NCBI RefSeq assembly: GCF_025526975.1
Contig: NW_026515700.1
Location: 186,001-250,000, forward strand
DNA: 64,000 bases
Direction: 5' to 3'
DNA from: Fimicolochytrium jonesii
Taxonomy: Eukaryota
This document shows positions 50,388 through 61,745 of the stretch, in pieces. Made by a program: the position numbers and the translations under genes. A model generated the notes under the pieces. It was given only the letters and a program-made list of their open reading frames with translations, did not search any database and had not been told where the DNA came from. Position 1 is the first letter of the stretch. The number at the start of each line of letters is the position of its first letter.

Positions 50388-52329
50388 TCACCGCCCAACC
50401 TCGGCTCTCACACTCCCCACAGTATCCTCCACCCTGGCTCGTCGATTCCCCTCACTCACAAGCACGCCAACATCAGCGCGCCGCACAGCTTCGTTGGTAG
50501 CGTCGCGAAGCGTATCCTTCAACCCGGTGCCGAGCCATTGGAGGGACTGCATTTCGCGGAGGCGTGAGACGGCGCGCTGGAAGGCGAAGATTTCTTCGGC
50601 GCCGGTGAAGATTGGGGATGTTAACTGGTGGAGGAGAAGAAGAACATGAATGAGTTTCTATATGAAACGATTTCAAATGCGGGGAAGATATACTCGACAC
50701 TTACATGCTCAGTGGATAATTTTAAATCATCCATAAGCAGCATATCCACCTTCGGCTTCGGCGCCACAGACGCGACGCCATTCCCTTTGGCTGGCACACC
50801 GCCCTCCTCGCCCGAGAACAGCTCCGCGACATCCGTCTCCGCCGACACGACCAACCGCGTCTTATTCTCATACATCGCATCAATCAGCGTGATGAATCTC
50901 CTTGCCTCGTTCCGGTGGGCCATGGACATGCGCGGAATGTCGGTAATCAAGATCGTGTGGAAGGTGGTGACGAGCTCGAGGTAGTCCGCGGCGCTATGTG
51001 GCTGGCCACAGATCTCGGCGAAGGATATTTTCGCGACGCCGTTGGGGGATGCAAAAGGGACGACGACGGGGCGACCGAGGACGGTGAGTGTGCGCGGAGC
51101 GATGGGGTTTCCGTCGGCCAGTTTCGTGAAGATGGCGTCGATATGTGCCGCTGTTGTGCTGTTCAACGGCGTGAAATAGACGCGGAGGCGTTCCATGTCC
51201 TGTTTCCTATAGTCGATGCCTGAGTTGAGGCTATGGATCTGCAAACACTGTTTGAGGAGGTCGATGGCGGGGAGGAAGCTTGAGCGCTGGATCCCGTTCT
51301 TGTAGAGATCGTCTGGCGGTCGGTTGGATGTTGTCACCATGACCATTCCGCGTTTAAACAGCTCGTCAAACAGGCGGCGGAGGATCATGGCGTCGGTGAT
51401 GTCGGTGACCTGCAGCTCGTCGAAGCAGAGGAGCCAGGCGTCGTTGACTAGTTCCGCGGCGAGGATGGGGATCGGGTCGTAGGTGATGCCTTTTTGTGTG
51501 CGGAGTTTGTGGATGCGTCGGTGTACGTCTTGCATGAAGGCGTGGAAGTGGACGCGCCGTTTGCGGGGTATGTCGACGGTGTTGTAGAAGAGGTCCATTG
51601 TCATGGACTTTCCTGTCCCGACGTCGCCGAAGAGATATAGACCCCTGGGTCCTCGCTGCTCTACCACGTCTGCTACACCTTTTTCCTTCTTTCCCCCAAA
51701 TAATCCAAAGACCTGGTTCACAACGGAAGTGTGAGACGCCACAGGTACGCACAGTGACATGCGGGAAAGAACTCCGCCCTTACCTTGGACAGAAAGGTCT
51801 CCTCCTCCTGCTTAACCGCCCAGGCAAAATCTGGCGACATAATATCATCCCTCCCATGCTGCTTATGCGCCGGCAGCGCTTTATCCGCTTCCAGATCAAT
51901 ATGCTGCACCGGCGGCGGGTCGTACGCCTTCACCCGCAGGTACAGGTTTTCCAAAAGCTCGACCGTTTTCCTTTGGTGTGCGTCGGGTCTCAGAAGCCCT
52001 CGCTCGAGCAGGTCGGTGTAGGTCGCCAGAGGACCCTGTGATGGTGGTGCGGCTCCGGCGGAGGCTGCTGTGCTTGGTGATGAGGTTGTTGCGGAGGCGT
52101 TTATGGTTGCTGTGCTGTTGTGCTGCCCTACAATTGTAGATAACTTGTGGGTTGGGGATGATATTGAAGTTGAGGTTCGGAGGGTGCCACTGCGTATCCG
52201 AGTTGCGGTCGGCAAGCCGCACGACACAAAGGTCCGTTGCCGACAGCACGGGTGCGTCCGTCGGGCGAGTGATCTCCCGCTCAGACCTCTGGCGGCCCCT
52301 GGTATGGAAGTTACTCCGCTTCTCAGCAT
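50388..52329 (-). CDS. AFG1: AFG1/LACE1/ZapE-family mitochondrial ATPase (3 exons)
   Basis: GLYLFGDVGTGKSMTMDLF, RVHFHAFM, LCFDELQVTDITDAMIL, TSNRPPDDLY, EE.FAFQRAVSRL.EM. Confidence 0.96.
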
Positions 52330-52852
52330 GTTGTTCTGGCCGTTACAAGGCTGAATGTCAAATATTTAAGGTTCGGAGCCGTTGTCAATCCCTGAAGGCC
52401 TCCCGCGATACAATAACGGGTTATGTACTGGGACGGCTACGCAGCGCTATGAGGAGGTCAGGAGGAGGAAGAGAGGACTCCTGCCGTGTCGGGTTGATTG
52501 TGCATCCAAAAATTCACCACCGTCGGAGAACGTCGAAGTGTGGGAAATGTGCGCAAGGTTGCGTTTGGGACGACTTTTGACTCGCAACGCATTTCAAACC
52601 GACACGACGGACATCCCACACAATCCCGCACGCACAGCAGTTACCAGGATCCCACCTATTTGGCCCCGACAAGGGCTTGTCAACATACACCCACGGACTA
52701 CAGGGAGGGTCGAGGACACACGACGTCATGTTGGAGGAACAGGAAGGGCCGCTCGCTGGGTAAGCTTCCAGAAGAACCATAGCTTCCCTGCCGTCCTTCC
52801 TAGCTTCCTTATCCCAAATAGACCTGACCTCGGTAAAGGGAGGTGAGCCAAA

Positions 52853-52902
52853 AATAGGCCTGGTAACGCGAAGCCTGGAATAGGCCTGGAATAGGCCTGG
52901 AA
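52853..52902. repeat. Short tandem repeat (AATAGGCCTGG)n
   Basis: Three to four copies of an 11-mer at the left edge of the accessory island. Confidence 0.75.
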
Positions 52903-53068
52903 TTAGCACCAACATGGGCTCTATGGGCTCCATTCCGCTCATGAGGAACACCGGCGACTATATAAACCCGGATCCGCTTCTGCTCCCTATCCCATCACCA
53001 CCAACCTGTAACTTATATCACTACACCTCAGCGTACGTTATCTAATATCCTACCCTCATCTACTGCCA

Positions 53069-53962
53069 ATGGCTACAGGAAACCAAGCCGAAGCAAGGAT
53101 CGTGATGCCAAGCGCCGTGGACGCTTGCATTGATGCCATCCTGGCTGTTTGCGCCGCGTGGAAGATTGCCACTACAGAGGAGGCTCACCGTACCGGTGCC
53201 GCCGTAACGATGCACATGAAGGGCAATCAGAGGGAGATTAGTGATCTTTTCGATCATATCCGAGGGTAAACAGTCTGTTGCTGGATTTTGCAGTGACCCC
53301 ACATTGTGGCTAACTCTTGAGTCTCAATCTTTAGAATGTGCCCGTCAGCCACTATGAAGTTATCGCCAATTAAGCCCCTCGAAAGCGGGCCACCAAAGTA
53401 TTCCAGCCTCGACGTCGCCACACCTCAAAGCACATCCACCTCCATGTTGTTATCATCAACATCATCTACATCCATGGGATCACCCAGCCGAACCATCGAT
53501 TGGACACAACAACGGGCTCGGGCATCCACCAGCGGCATGGAGCGCAGCAGCAGACTCAGCACCATCGACCACCCCAGCCGCCAGGCCTGCATGGAACCAT
53601 CGCCCGTCCACGGAACCTTCACCAAAACCTTCTCCGCACCCGCCAGCACCTCAGTCACCAGCTCCGCCGCCGACCTGTCATTCTCGTCACTACGGGTCTT
53701 CAAATCTGAGGAAGAGCTCGGCATGTGCGACGTCATCAACATGGCAGATTACACGGCCTATGGTCTCCCGGCTGGATGTCTTACGCCACAGCAGCAACTG
53801 GAACTGATACGCATGAACAATGAGTGTCGCAAGAGGATCATGACCATGGAGATTGAGCGCACACGCTTGCAGGTGACGTTGGAACAGGCAAGGCTGGACC
53901 ACGAGTATCGGATGGCGCTGTTGCCTGAGCGGTCTGAACCGTCGGTCAACAGCTCTGTTTGA
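53069..53962 (+). CDS. Orphan two-exon protein with C-terminal coiled coil
   Basis: TATATAAA near 52958; a GT..CTAAC..TAG intron (about 53266-53334) joins the two ORFs in frame; C-terminal QQQLELIRM...LEQARLDHEYRM. Confidence 0.55.
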
Positions 53963-54157
53963 ACTCTGGCCTCCTTTTCCCTTGTTTCCATTAACTTAGG
54001 AATACCCCTCTATTAAAAAAAATATCGCTAACGTCATGATATTGGAACTGTGATACGTAGCACAGCTTAATTGATCGACGAGTCTGCGTGGACCACGGTA
54101 AAATTGTAGATACTGTGCTGGAAAATTACATTACTGGGCTGGTGGCAAAGCGGAAGG

Positions 54158-54276
54158 TGTCATGGGATTAGGGTTGGGGATTAGGGTTATCACCGGGTTA
54201 GGGTTGTGAGATTGGGGATTAGGGTTGATAGCCCTAACCGGGTTATGGTTGTCAAGGTAACGGAGTAGGGTTGTGG
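54158..54276 (+). repeat. Interstitial telomere-like (TTAGGG-containing) repeat, copy 1
   Basis: Four TTAGGG hexamers plus variants; the first ~72 bp recur at 57653-57724. Confidence 0.85.
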
Positions 54277-54567
54277 ACCCAAGTGACTACTGTTTATCTT
54301 CCAACAAAACCACGCTTGAGAGAAGAAAACTTGTACTTTTATCGATTATCGTGAATAGAGAAGACTGCGAAGCATTTCAAAACACTTTGCCCACTCGAGG
54401 CGCGAACTTTTTCTTCAGGGTCCTTTCCAACGGGTATAAAAGCAAGCCAGCGCCGACATTCCCCTCGGCATTACCTACAAGAGCTACTGCCGACCGCCTT
54501 CAACTTCAAGGTAACAGTCCCCACACTACAGGTGAGAATTAGAAGCCGCACACATTACCAGAACCGA

Positions 54568-54725
54568 TCGCCCGAGACAGCCCGAAATAGGGGCAGCCAC
54601 GCGATACGCTACCTTCTCGACTCGCGATCACCCGAGACAGCCCGGACTAGGGGCAGCCTTGCGATACGCTATCCACTTGAGCCATCGCCCGAGACAACCC
54701 GGAATAGGGGCAGCCTCGCGATTCG
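54568..54725 (+). repeat. Tandem repeat, about 3 units (60 and 57 bp period), upstream of the TET-like gene
   Basis: ATCRCCCGAGACARCCCGRAMTAGGGGCAGCC..GCGAT.CG three times; translates in one frame as SPETARNRGSHAIRY-like repeats. Confidence 0.85.
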
Positions 54726-54810
54726 TTTGCCATTCTACGTCACAAACCCATTCCCGAGCTCCCGCGATGACCCAACTAACTCACATACTCCATTCACCAG
54801 GCAAATCGCC

Positions 54811-56114
54811 ATGACAGAATCAGCATCAACGTCAAAGCCAGGGTCGAAGTCAAAGCCGGGACGACGTTCCAAGCCGATCGGGTGAGGGGAAAGGCGGCAA
54901 ACCGGCAGCGCAAGCGAGAAAAGAATGAAAACATGCGGAGGATATTGAAGACGGCGGGTGATACCGAGGTTGGAGCTGGAGCTGGAGCTGGGGCTGGAGC
55001 TGGCGCTGAGCATAGAAGTGTTGACCAAGGTTCGTCTCATTATGCTGGGAGACCAGTCTCAAATTACAACGCAACTGACCAACTGTTGTGTGCGGGCTCA
55101 GGTTCCGACAATGACAGTGCGTACATATTCTGGGCAACAAGAAAGACTGAGCAGCAAACCAACCCGCATCCGTTTGGAAAGCACCTTACGCACGAAGACT
55201 GCCTCAAGCAATATACCAGGGAAGTTGATCACGATCCCCCGTACACCCGTCTCTACAAGGACATCGCTGTTGTAGCCGACAGGCAAACGGATGAGATTGT
55301 ATTTGCGGCAAGGTTTCATCCGTTTGCAGATATGTCAGCGGATGACAGGACCCGTGTTGAGGAGATTGCGCTCCACCTCGACCACCAGCGTCAGTTAGCT
55401 TACCCCGTGACAATAAACGGTGCCCAGACGTCTGGTACCATGATCGGTGTTGGCTGGCGTGCGGGTACAGATCGGGGAAAAAGCATGGGGATCTACCAAC
55501 CATGAAAGAAGGATTCCGTCAGCGGGGAGAAGTGGCGCGCTTTCCAAGCTGAGTTACCAAAGATCGAGGCGCATTACATCCACTTTCTCAATCAGCTTTC
55601 GCCTTACCTCTCGTCTCGCATCAAAAAGCGGGCAAAGGAACTACGCGTGCCAAGCTTCTCACAAGCGGAATTTGGCGACCTCGTTGCAGACAACTCCTTT
55701 GCCAGCAATATCACCGTCACATGGGATGATTTTGCCAATTAATTCCACCGCGATAACAACACATCGAAACTCACATACAGAATCTGGTTCCCAGTCTCGA
55801 ACACAACGGGCAAGCTGAAGAGCAAGGCGGATGGATTCGCCTGTCATGGTGGAGTCTTTGTGAATGCGGACTACCGTGTGTATGTGGATTTTGATGCGTG
55901 CGATGGCGTAGTCGAGATCGTTTGGCGAGGGCCTCAGGATGCACATGCAACCACGTCGTCCGTCAGAGGCCAAGACTCGAATCGCCTTGGGACCTCCGTT
56001 CAAATCAACGAGAAGCTGGCAAAACGAGTCGAATGGTTGTTGCAGGAGGAGGGTGTCGTTGCTGCCGGGCGCGTCCTTGGGCTTGGTGAGACTTTAGAAC
56101 GATTGCAGGCCTGA
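54811..56114 (+). pseudogene. TET/JBP-like 2OG-Fe(II) dioxygenase, copy 1, with two in-frame stops and a 5' frameshift
   Basis: One frame 54882-56114 reads GTMIGVGWRAG..GIY, FAN*FHRD (HxD), GGVF...VDF...VVEIVWRG..DAHAT (distal H), RLGTSVQ (2OG-binding R). Stops at 55503 and 55740. Confidence 0.8.
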
Positions 56115-56404
56115 GTTTGATCGCTCCACTAGGCTCCCCCCCTTTGGGGGAGAGCTATCGAGCGACCTTCGCGGGTGAAACCGCGTACACGTATATTATA
56201 AACGATAATAAATACATATGATCCAGCACATCTTTGGACCCAACGACGCTGGATCGCGCACGGCGAGACCCGACTTCGGCGAAATAGTAAATGAGATGCA
56301 TTTGATTTTATGGGAGATAATATGAGGGGCTACGAGAGCCCCGTGCGCGATCCGACCCAAAGATGGCGGCGATATGAGGGATACTGGCGACTGGCGACTT
56401 GACA

Positions 56405-56560
56405 TCCGTCTATTCTCTGCAATGCCATCGGGGGACCAATTTTTGCCCCACGCTGTACTAATCAGCCCTCAATGGATTTTGGGGAGAAATTTTTCCCCGC
56501 ACGTACCGGGAAGTGCCTGGGGACCGTGTTTGCGCCTACGCACCGTTGTTTGCGCTCTAC
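56405..56560 (+). repeat. Dispersed repeat, copy A (inverted copies at 57985-58056 and 61597-61745)
   Basis: Core GGGGACCAATTTTTGCCCCACGCTGTACTAATCAGCCCTCAATGGATT is shared by all three copies. Confidence 0.85.
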
Positions 56561-57018
56561 ACACTGCACACCCCAATCGTGCGCGGCGTTTCTGGATGCT
56601 GCAGAGGGTTCCCTTGCTGGTCTCGGAACCCCACCTACCAGTTCGTTGCGCACATGGGGTTGTATGGTTAGCGCCGTATTTGTGCCTACGCACCGTTGCT
56701 TGCGCTTAGCGCCGTCTTTCTGTGCTCTAGCACCGTTTCGCCATCGCGCCGTCGCTTGTACCAAACACCGGTCACCCGTTGCCCCCCGACACTTCTCTGG
56801 CCCCGATCAGCGCCCTCGCCACCGGCGGCGGCGGGCATGGGTTCGTGTTGGATAAACGGGCCCGAGAAGGCGGTCTTTGAGGTGGGATACTAAGCAACCT
56901 CCTCGCAACCTCCTCCTCGTCCATACACCGAAGTCCATGACAGAATAGCCGAATAGCACAGCTCAAAATGCACAGACGGACCCAAGCGCAGAACACAGCT
57001 TCTCCAACACAGAAGTAG

Positions 57019-57375
57019 AGTTAACAATCACACCTGGCCGTGCCGGTAGGGGTCATAACTTTTTCTACTGGTGTTGGAGGAGCTGAACTACGCTGGTTCG
57101 TATATGCTCTGAGCGCGAGCTCCATTCACCAGACGCCCAGTTAACAATCACGCCTGGCCGTGCCGGCAGTGAATACCACGCCTGGCCATGCCGGCAGTGG
57201 TCATGACTGTTCATCGGTTGTGGAGCGAGAGTCTGGGCGAGAGTCGAGTTTGCTTCAGCGTTCACCATTCACCATTCACCCCGTTCACCAGAAGCACCAG
57301 AAGATAGTTAACAATCACGCCTGGCCGTGCCGGCAGTGAATACCACGCCTGGCCGTGCCAGCAGTGGTCATAACT
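57019..57375. repeat. Three spaced direct repeats built from a CACGCCTGGCCGTGCCGGCAGTG subunit (five subunits)
   Basis: Copies at 57019-57060, 57139-57208 and 57306-57375, each starting AGTTAACAATCAC and ending GGTCATRACT. Confidence 0.85.
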
Positions 57376-57652
57376 TCTTCTACGTGTGCTGGGGAACGGG
57401 CAACGGAATCTGGGGACTGGGCTACGGAATCTTGGTCTTGATCTCAGTCTTGAAATGCTGAGATGCTGGAAGAAAAAAGGTGTTCCGCCCGACGACGCGC
57501 AGCTATTTATACGTACTGTACTGTACAGCAGTGTACTGCACAGTATGTCCGAGCCTTCAGACTCCAAGGTTGAGCAGCGTTGGAAGTCGGGAACCTGTGG
57601 AGACTCCAATGTTGGAGAGCTGCACACAGTCAGGCGGACTTCAGGCGGACTT

Positions 57653-57724
57653 TGTCATGGGATTAGGGTTGGGGATTAGGGTTATTACCGGGTTAGGGTT
57701 GTGAGGTTGGGGATATGGTTGATA
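57653..57724 (+). repeat. Interstitial telomere-like repeat, copy 2
   Basis: Near-identical direct copy of 54158-54230. Confidence 0.85.
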
Positions 57725-57984
57725 ACTTAGAGAGGGGCCACGCACCCTTGCGCGCGCCTTTGGAGCTCCAGGCGAACTTATTAGAAGCCTACCACCTTCA
57801 CTCAGAGCCGCCGGCATCGACGACAAATTTACCCCTTGACACAATGGCATTGCCCTCGGATACAATTTGGGTGCTTTCTGAGTCCGACGACGACACGATC
57901 AGTGACGACATTGACGACACAGATCTGGAATCGGTCATCTACGTGGCATCCCTTTCCGGATCGCCCGCATCACCCGCATCGCTA

Positions 57985-58056
57985 ATCCATTGAAGGCTGA
58001 TTAGTACAGCGTGGGGCAAAAATTGGTCCCCCGACGGCGTCGCGGAGAATAAACGG
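57985..58056 (-). repeat. Dispersed repeat, copy B (partial, inverted)
   Basis: Reverse complement of about 56405-56478. Confidence 0.8.
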
Positions 58057-58076
58057 AAGCAAAGCCCATTAGGGTT

Positions 58077-58159
58077 GGCCTTACAGCCTTCACGCTCGGC
58101 CTTACAGCCTTCACGCTCGGCCTTACGCCCTTCACGCTCGCCCTTACAGCTTCACGCTC
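58077..58159. repeat. 21-bp minisatellite (GGCCTTACAGCCTTCACGCTC) x4
   Basis: Four tandem copies, directly after a TTAGGGTT. Confidence 0.9.
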
Positions 58160-58478
58160 TCAGCGCCGTAGGTTTGCCATTTGGTACGGCTGGTACAGTA
58201 CATATGTAGGGGGTAGGCACTACTACCCAGAATACCCCTTTACACGCGTGTAAAAAAAGGTCGCTATGTAAACCTTCTGGCCAACACTGAAGAATGACAG
58301 CACCTATAACTGTCCCTTCATTTGTCACAACTATGGCACTCCTTCTTGGACCTTTCAAGATATTTTCCAATTCAACATAGTTTCCCTCAGCGCTGCCCCC
58401 CTCTTTTCTACTCTGAAGCGCATGAACCTAGCACTATCACAACTAGGAGCTCGGCACAGCACCCTTCTCCACCTCCTC

Positions 58479-60330
58479 CTACGCCGACATCTCTGCACCT
58501 TCCATCTCCGCACCTTCCACACAAAAGTGGGATGTATTCCCCTTCCGTTGGCAAGATTCGCAAAACGAAACCGGCATTTCTCGCACTTTGCATCCACCAT
58601 ATCCCCTAACCCATGGCCACATATGCACCCTGGAAACTGCAGATCCGCGGCCTCCATGTTCTTCATCATCTAAGCATATCGTCGCTTCCTGTATGAAATC
58701 ATGAGTAATGATGTAATGATACAATAGACGCATTATTTTATCCGGGCGCTTTCCTGTGTGAGGTTGTGAAGGAGGACGGACTACAATCCAGGTCAAGGGG
58801 AGGAATCCAGCGGACGAGGCCGGGGGTGGCACTGGCGGGTATTATTGTCCGGCTGATGTCGACCGATTCATGTGTTGCATATTTCATGTACAGGAGGCTG
58901 CCCAATCCTCCGATCCATGGCCGCTTGCGGGATCCAGCAGAGCTGAGTATCTTGCTCCTCAACACATCACTGATTTTCGTCGCGTTTCCAACAAAGTCAT
59001 GCTGTACTGCAATGTGCAAGACCGCGCGTAGTTGCAGTAGAGTCGTGGTCTGGCAGAATAGGGTTGTTGTGCTCCTTCCAAGAAAGAGAACATGGCTCAC
59101 GGCTTCAGCGGATAATAGGCAAGTTGTCCTTCCCTGCAAATCCATTGCGACCCCGCTTGCGACAAGCGCTTTTCCGAAAACAATAAGATCTGGGTGCCCG
59201 TGTTGAACATACTCTGGGCGCTGATGGGCAAATGGTGCACCGCACCGTATTGCTGTCATTGCTTCATCAACGCAGAGGAAACAACCTGCTTCTGCGCATG
59301 CGGTGATGATGGCTGACCACAATGCGGGCTGCAATGTCTCGCCCAACCCAGAGTTCACCATCTCAACAAGCAGTCCACAGCACTCATTTTCTCTCAGAAG
59401 TTGTGTCAACTGGGTTTGCGCTTGCCGTTGGTTCCGGGGAAGCGTGAAGACCACAGGGGGCGTCCCGGTGCCAACTTCTTGATTTTCAGCCCTGGCATGA
59501 GTATAAGCAAATGGTCCCCGACCAGCTCCGTACTGGCCAGCGAGAACGGCAAAGCGATTGGATTTTGTTATCCCTCCCATCCCCCCGGTAATGATCTTTG
59601 CGGCGGTGGCAAGATGTTGCAGAGCATCGCCGGCAGATGCTGTCGCAAGCATCCACTCGCATTGAAAGAAACTCGCAAAGGCTGCGCAGGTTCTATCGAT
59701 GACGTCGTCAAGCCGCCGCTGGGAGATAGGCCCGGTCCAGGTTGTTTGTGCAATCTAAGAGATGGGTTGGTAAGAGATCGGTGGAGTCATAGCAAACCTG
59801 GGAACCATAGCGAACCTGGATCGGACCGCTCAACGCAATCTCCAGGTCTTTCTGTATATCCGCAACGGTACATGACCGCAGCGAGTGTTTGTAGGTGTAG
59901 CTGAGGCCCCACTGCATGTTGAAGTCCGAATCCCCCATAGGTGGTGAAATGCACGTGAGTTGCATGAGGTCCTCGAGTTTATCAAAGTCTGCACTCCTAC
60001 AAGCGAGAGAGAATGAGAGCGTAAATTGGGAAACCAAGCCGTTGAATGTAGTACGTAGGTACATACTGGATTTTATGTTTTTTTTTGAGGTCCTGCATCA
60101 CCACATCGGTCGACATTCCATCAAAATTGCCTTCGCATACCGGGCAGCGAGGTATGGTCCCGAGTCTGACACCTGTCTCATCAAGACCAAGGCATAAGCG
60201 GGCGTGGTTTTTGACGCGAACATGCCCATGGACCAGGAGAGAACTGTCACTGGCGGGGAGTCCGCAACTGGGGCACTCTTTCAGGGTGCGACTCGCGATG
60301 ATGTGTGGGTGATGAGGCCAACCAACGGGC
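58479..60330 (-). CDS. Spliced gene: N-terminal Cys/His zinc-finger-like region, class-III PLP aminotransferase-like domain, C-terminal Cys-rich finger; 3' end damaged, 5' end uncertain (may reach about 60550)
   Basis: Two GT-AG introns (about 60063-59997 and 59816-59755) join CPSC..H..C / CPVC exons in frame to LLVEMV...VDEAMTAIRCG...PDLIVFGKAL...GLGSL...RWIPPLD. Downstream, CICG...CEKC..CESC..HFC needs one stop read-through and one frameshift. Confidence 0.7.
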
Positions 60331-61105
60331 GTCCTGGAAAATGAACGAAAGTGAGAGCCTGGCACTGAGGCGGTGGTATGAGTATTTGACAGGACAAGTA
60401 GTATTGTACATACATACATTGTGGCCCGTTCTGTGTATGTGTCTGGTGTTGAAAGCTGTGGCAATGAGCGGCAACCCGCCTAGTTCACTGAGATCCCAAT
60501 GCTAACGCTACGTACTGTACGCAATACATACAGTACATTGAGGTTTCCATCACACAAACCCCACGTCGCAGTGGGTTCTAGAATCGTTAGAAACATTTGA
60601 AGCGAGGCGATAATTTTTTTATCGCCTCAATTTGGAAGAGGCGATAAAGGTCTTGTGGAACTCGTTACTTTATTCCCCTTCACACACACCACTCGTTTTA
60701 TAGACATTCGATCGGACGGTCTGCGCACACACACAACCAACTCTCTATCTGCAGAGAAGAAAAGGGGTACGGTAGCTATAAAAAGGAAGCTGTGGCTGAA
60801 ACTGGTTGTTTACAACACCCCCTCTCAGACTGCAGATTGAATTCAGTCCGCAGTCGCCGTCGCAGTCGTTCTGCATTCTCTGGATGGTGGCGTCGTTACT
60901 GAGTGTGTGTCCGACAAAGGTTATCGGTAAAAGGTGAGTACCGCAGAGCCCGTTTTGCACCTCATGACATTGTTCAACCAATTTTCCATCCTTGGTGATT
61001 TGTAGAATTTCGGCGCTCCCTCCCATCTTGTTCAGGGCGAGTGTACGCATGTGGAATCCATTTGTTCCTCACCCAAAGATTTCCACTCACTACATACAAT
61101 ATCCC

Positions 61106-61453
61106 ATGTTAGCCGCGGTCGATTCGGTTACCTGCCCAGTCCAAGCGCTTGACTTTGTTCTGGCGCACAATCACGGTCCCCATCTGTGGACCCTCGACAA
61201 CGGCTCGGTTCCAACCTCCGCATTGTTCAACGCCGTCTGGACAGCCACGATGAACACCGACATTGGGGCCACAAGTTTCCGCGCCGGCGGGGCCACTCAC
61301 CTCGCGATCCTCGGCTACGACACACTGTGGATTCAACGCTGGGGTCGATGGTCTTCCGACGCATTTGAACGGTATATCTGCACACACCTTAGCGTTCAAC
61401 TAGCGGTGCGGCAGAATTCCGCTCCTATTACGCGAGCTGGGGTTGTATATTAG
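61106..61453 (+). mobile_element. C-terminal fragment of a DIRS/Ngaro-type tyrosine recombinase
   Basis: CPVQAL, SFRAGGATHL...G....I..WGRWSSDAFERYI (catalytic R, W, Y); the N-terminal half is absent. Confidence 0.85.
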
Positions 61454-61596
61454 ATCTCCTATTTATCTGTGGCTCATCTCTGCCCATCTTCATGTATATT
61501 TGCCATTTGCTCAATACACGGCCACTTTGCCCTACTTCACATCTACTTCATATCTACCCGACATCTAGCAACTTCAAACTGGCCTGTTCTCTGCGG

Positions 61597-61745
61597 CGCC
61601 GAGTGCAAACCACGGTGCATAGGCGCAAACACGGTCCCCGGGCACTTCCAGGTTTGACGTGCGGGGGACAAATTTCTCCCCAAAATCCATTGAGGGCTGA
61701 TTAGTACAGCATGGGGCGAAAATTGGTCCCCCAACGGCGTCACGG
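61597..61745 (-). repeat. Dispersed repeat, copy C (inverted relative to copy A), just downstream of the recombinase fragment
   Basis: Reverse complement of about 56420-56560. Confidence 0.85.

Noticed and set aside
57019..57375. CRISPR array
   Set aside because: The context is eukaryotic, repeat and spacer lengths are unequal and too long, the spacers resemble each other, and no cas genes are present.
54158..57724. TET-carrying LTR/TRIM element bounded by the TGTCA-starting direct repeats
   Set aside because: The repeats end TGATA rather than CA, and there is no TSD, PBS or PPT; kept only as a telomere-like repeat finding.
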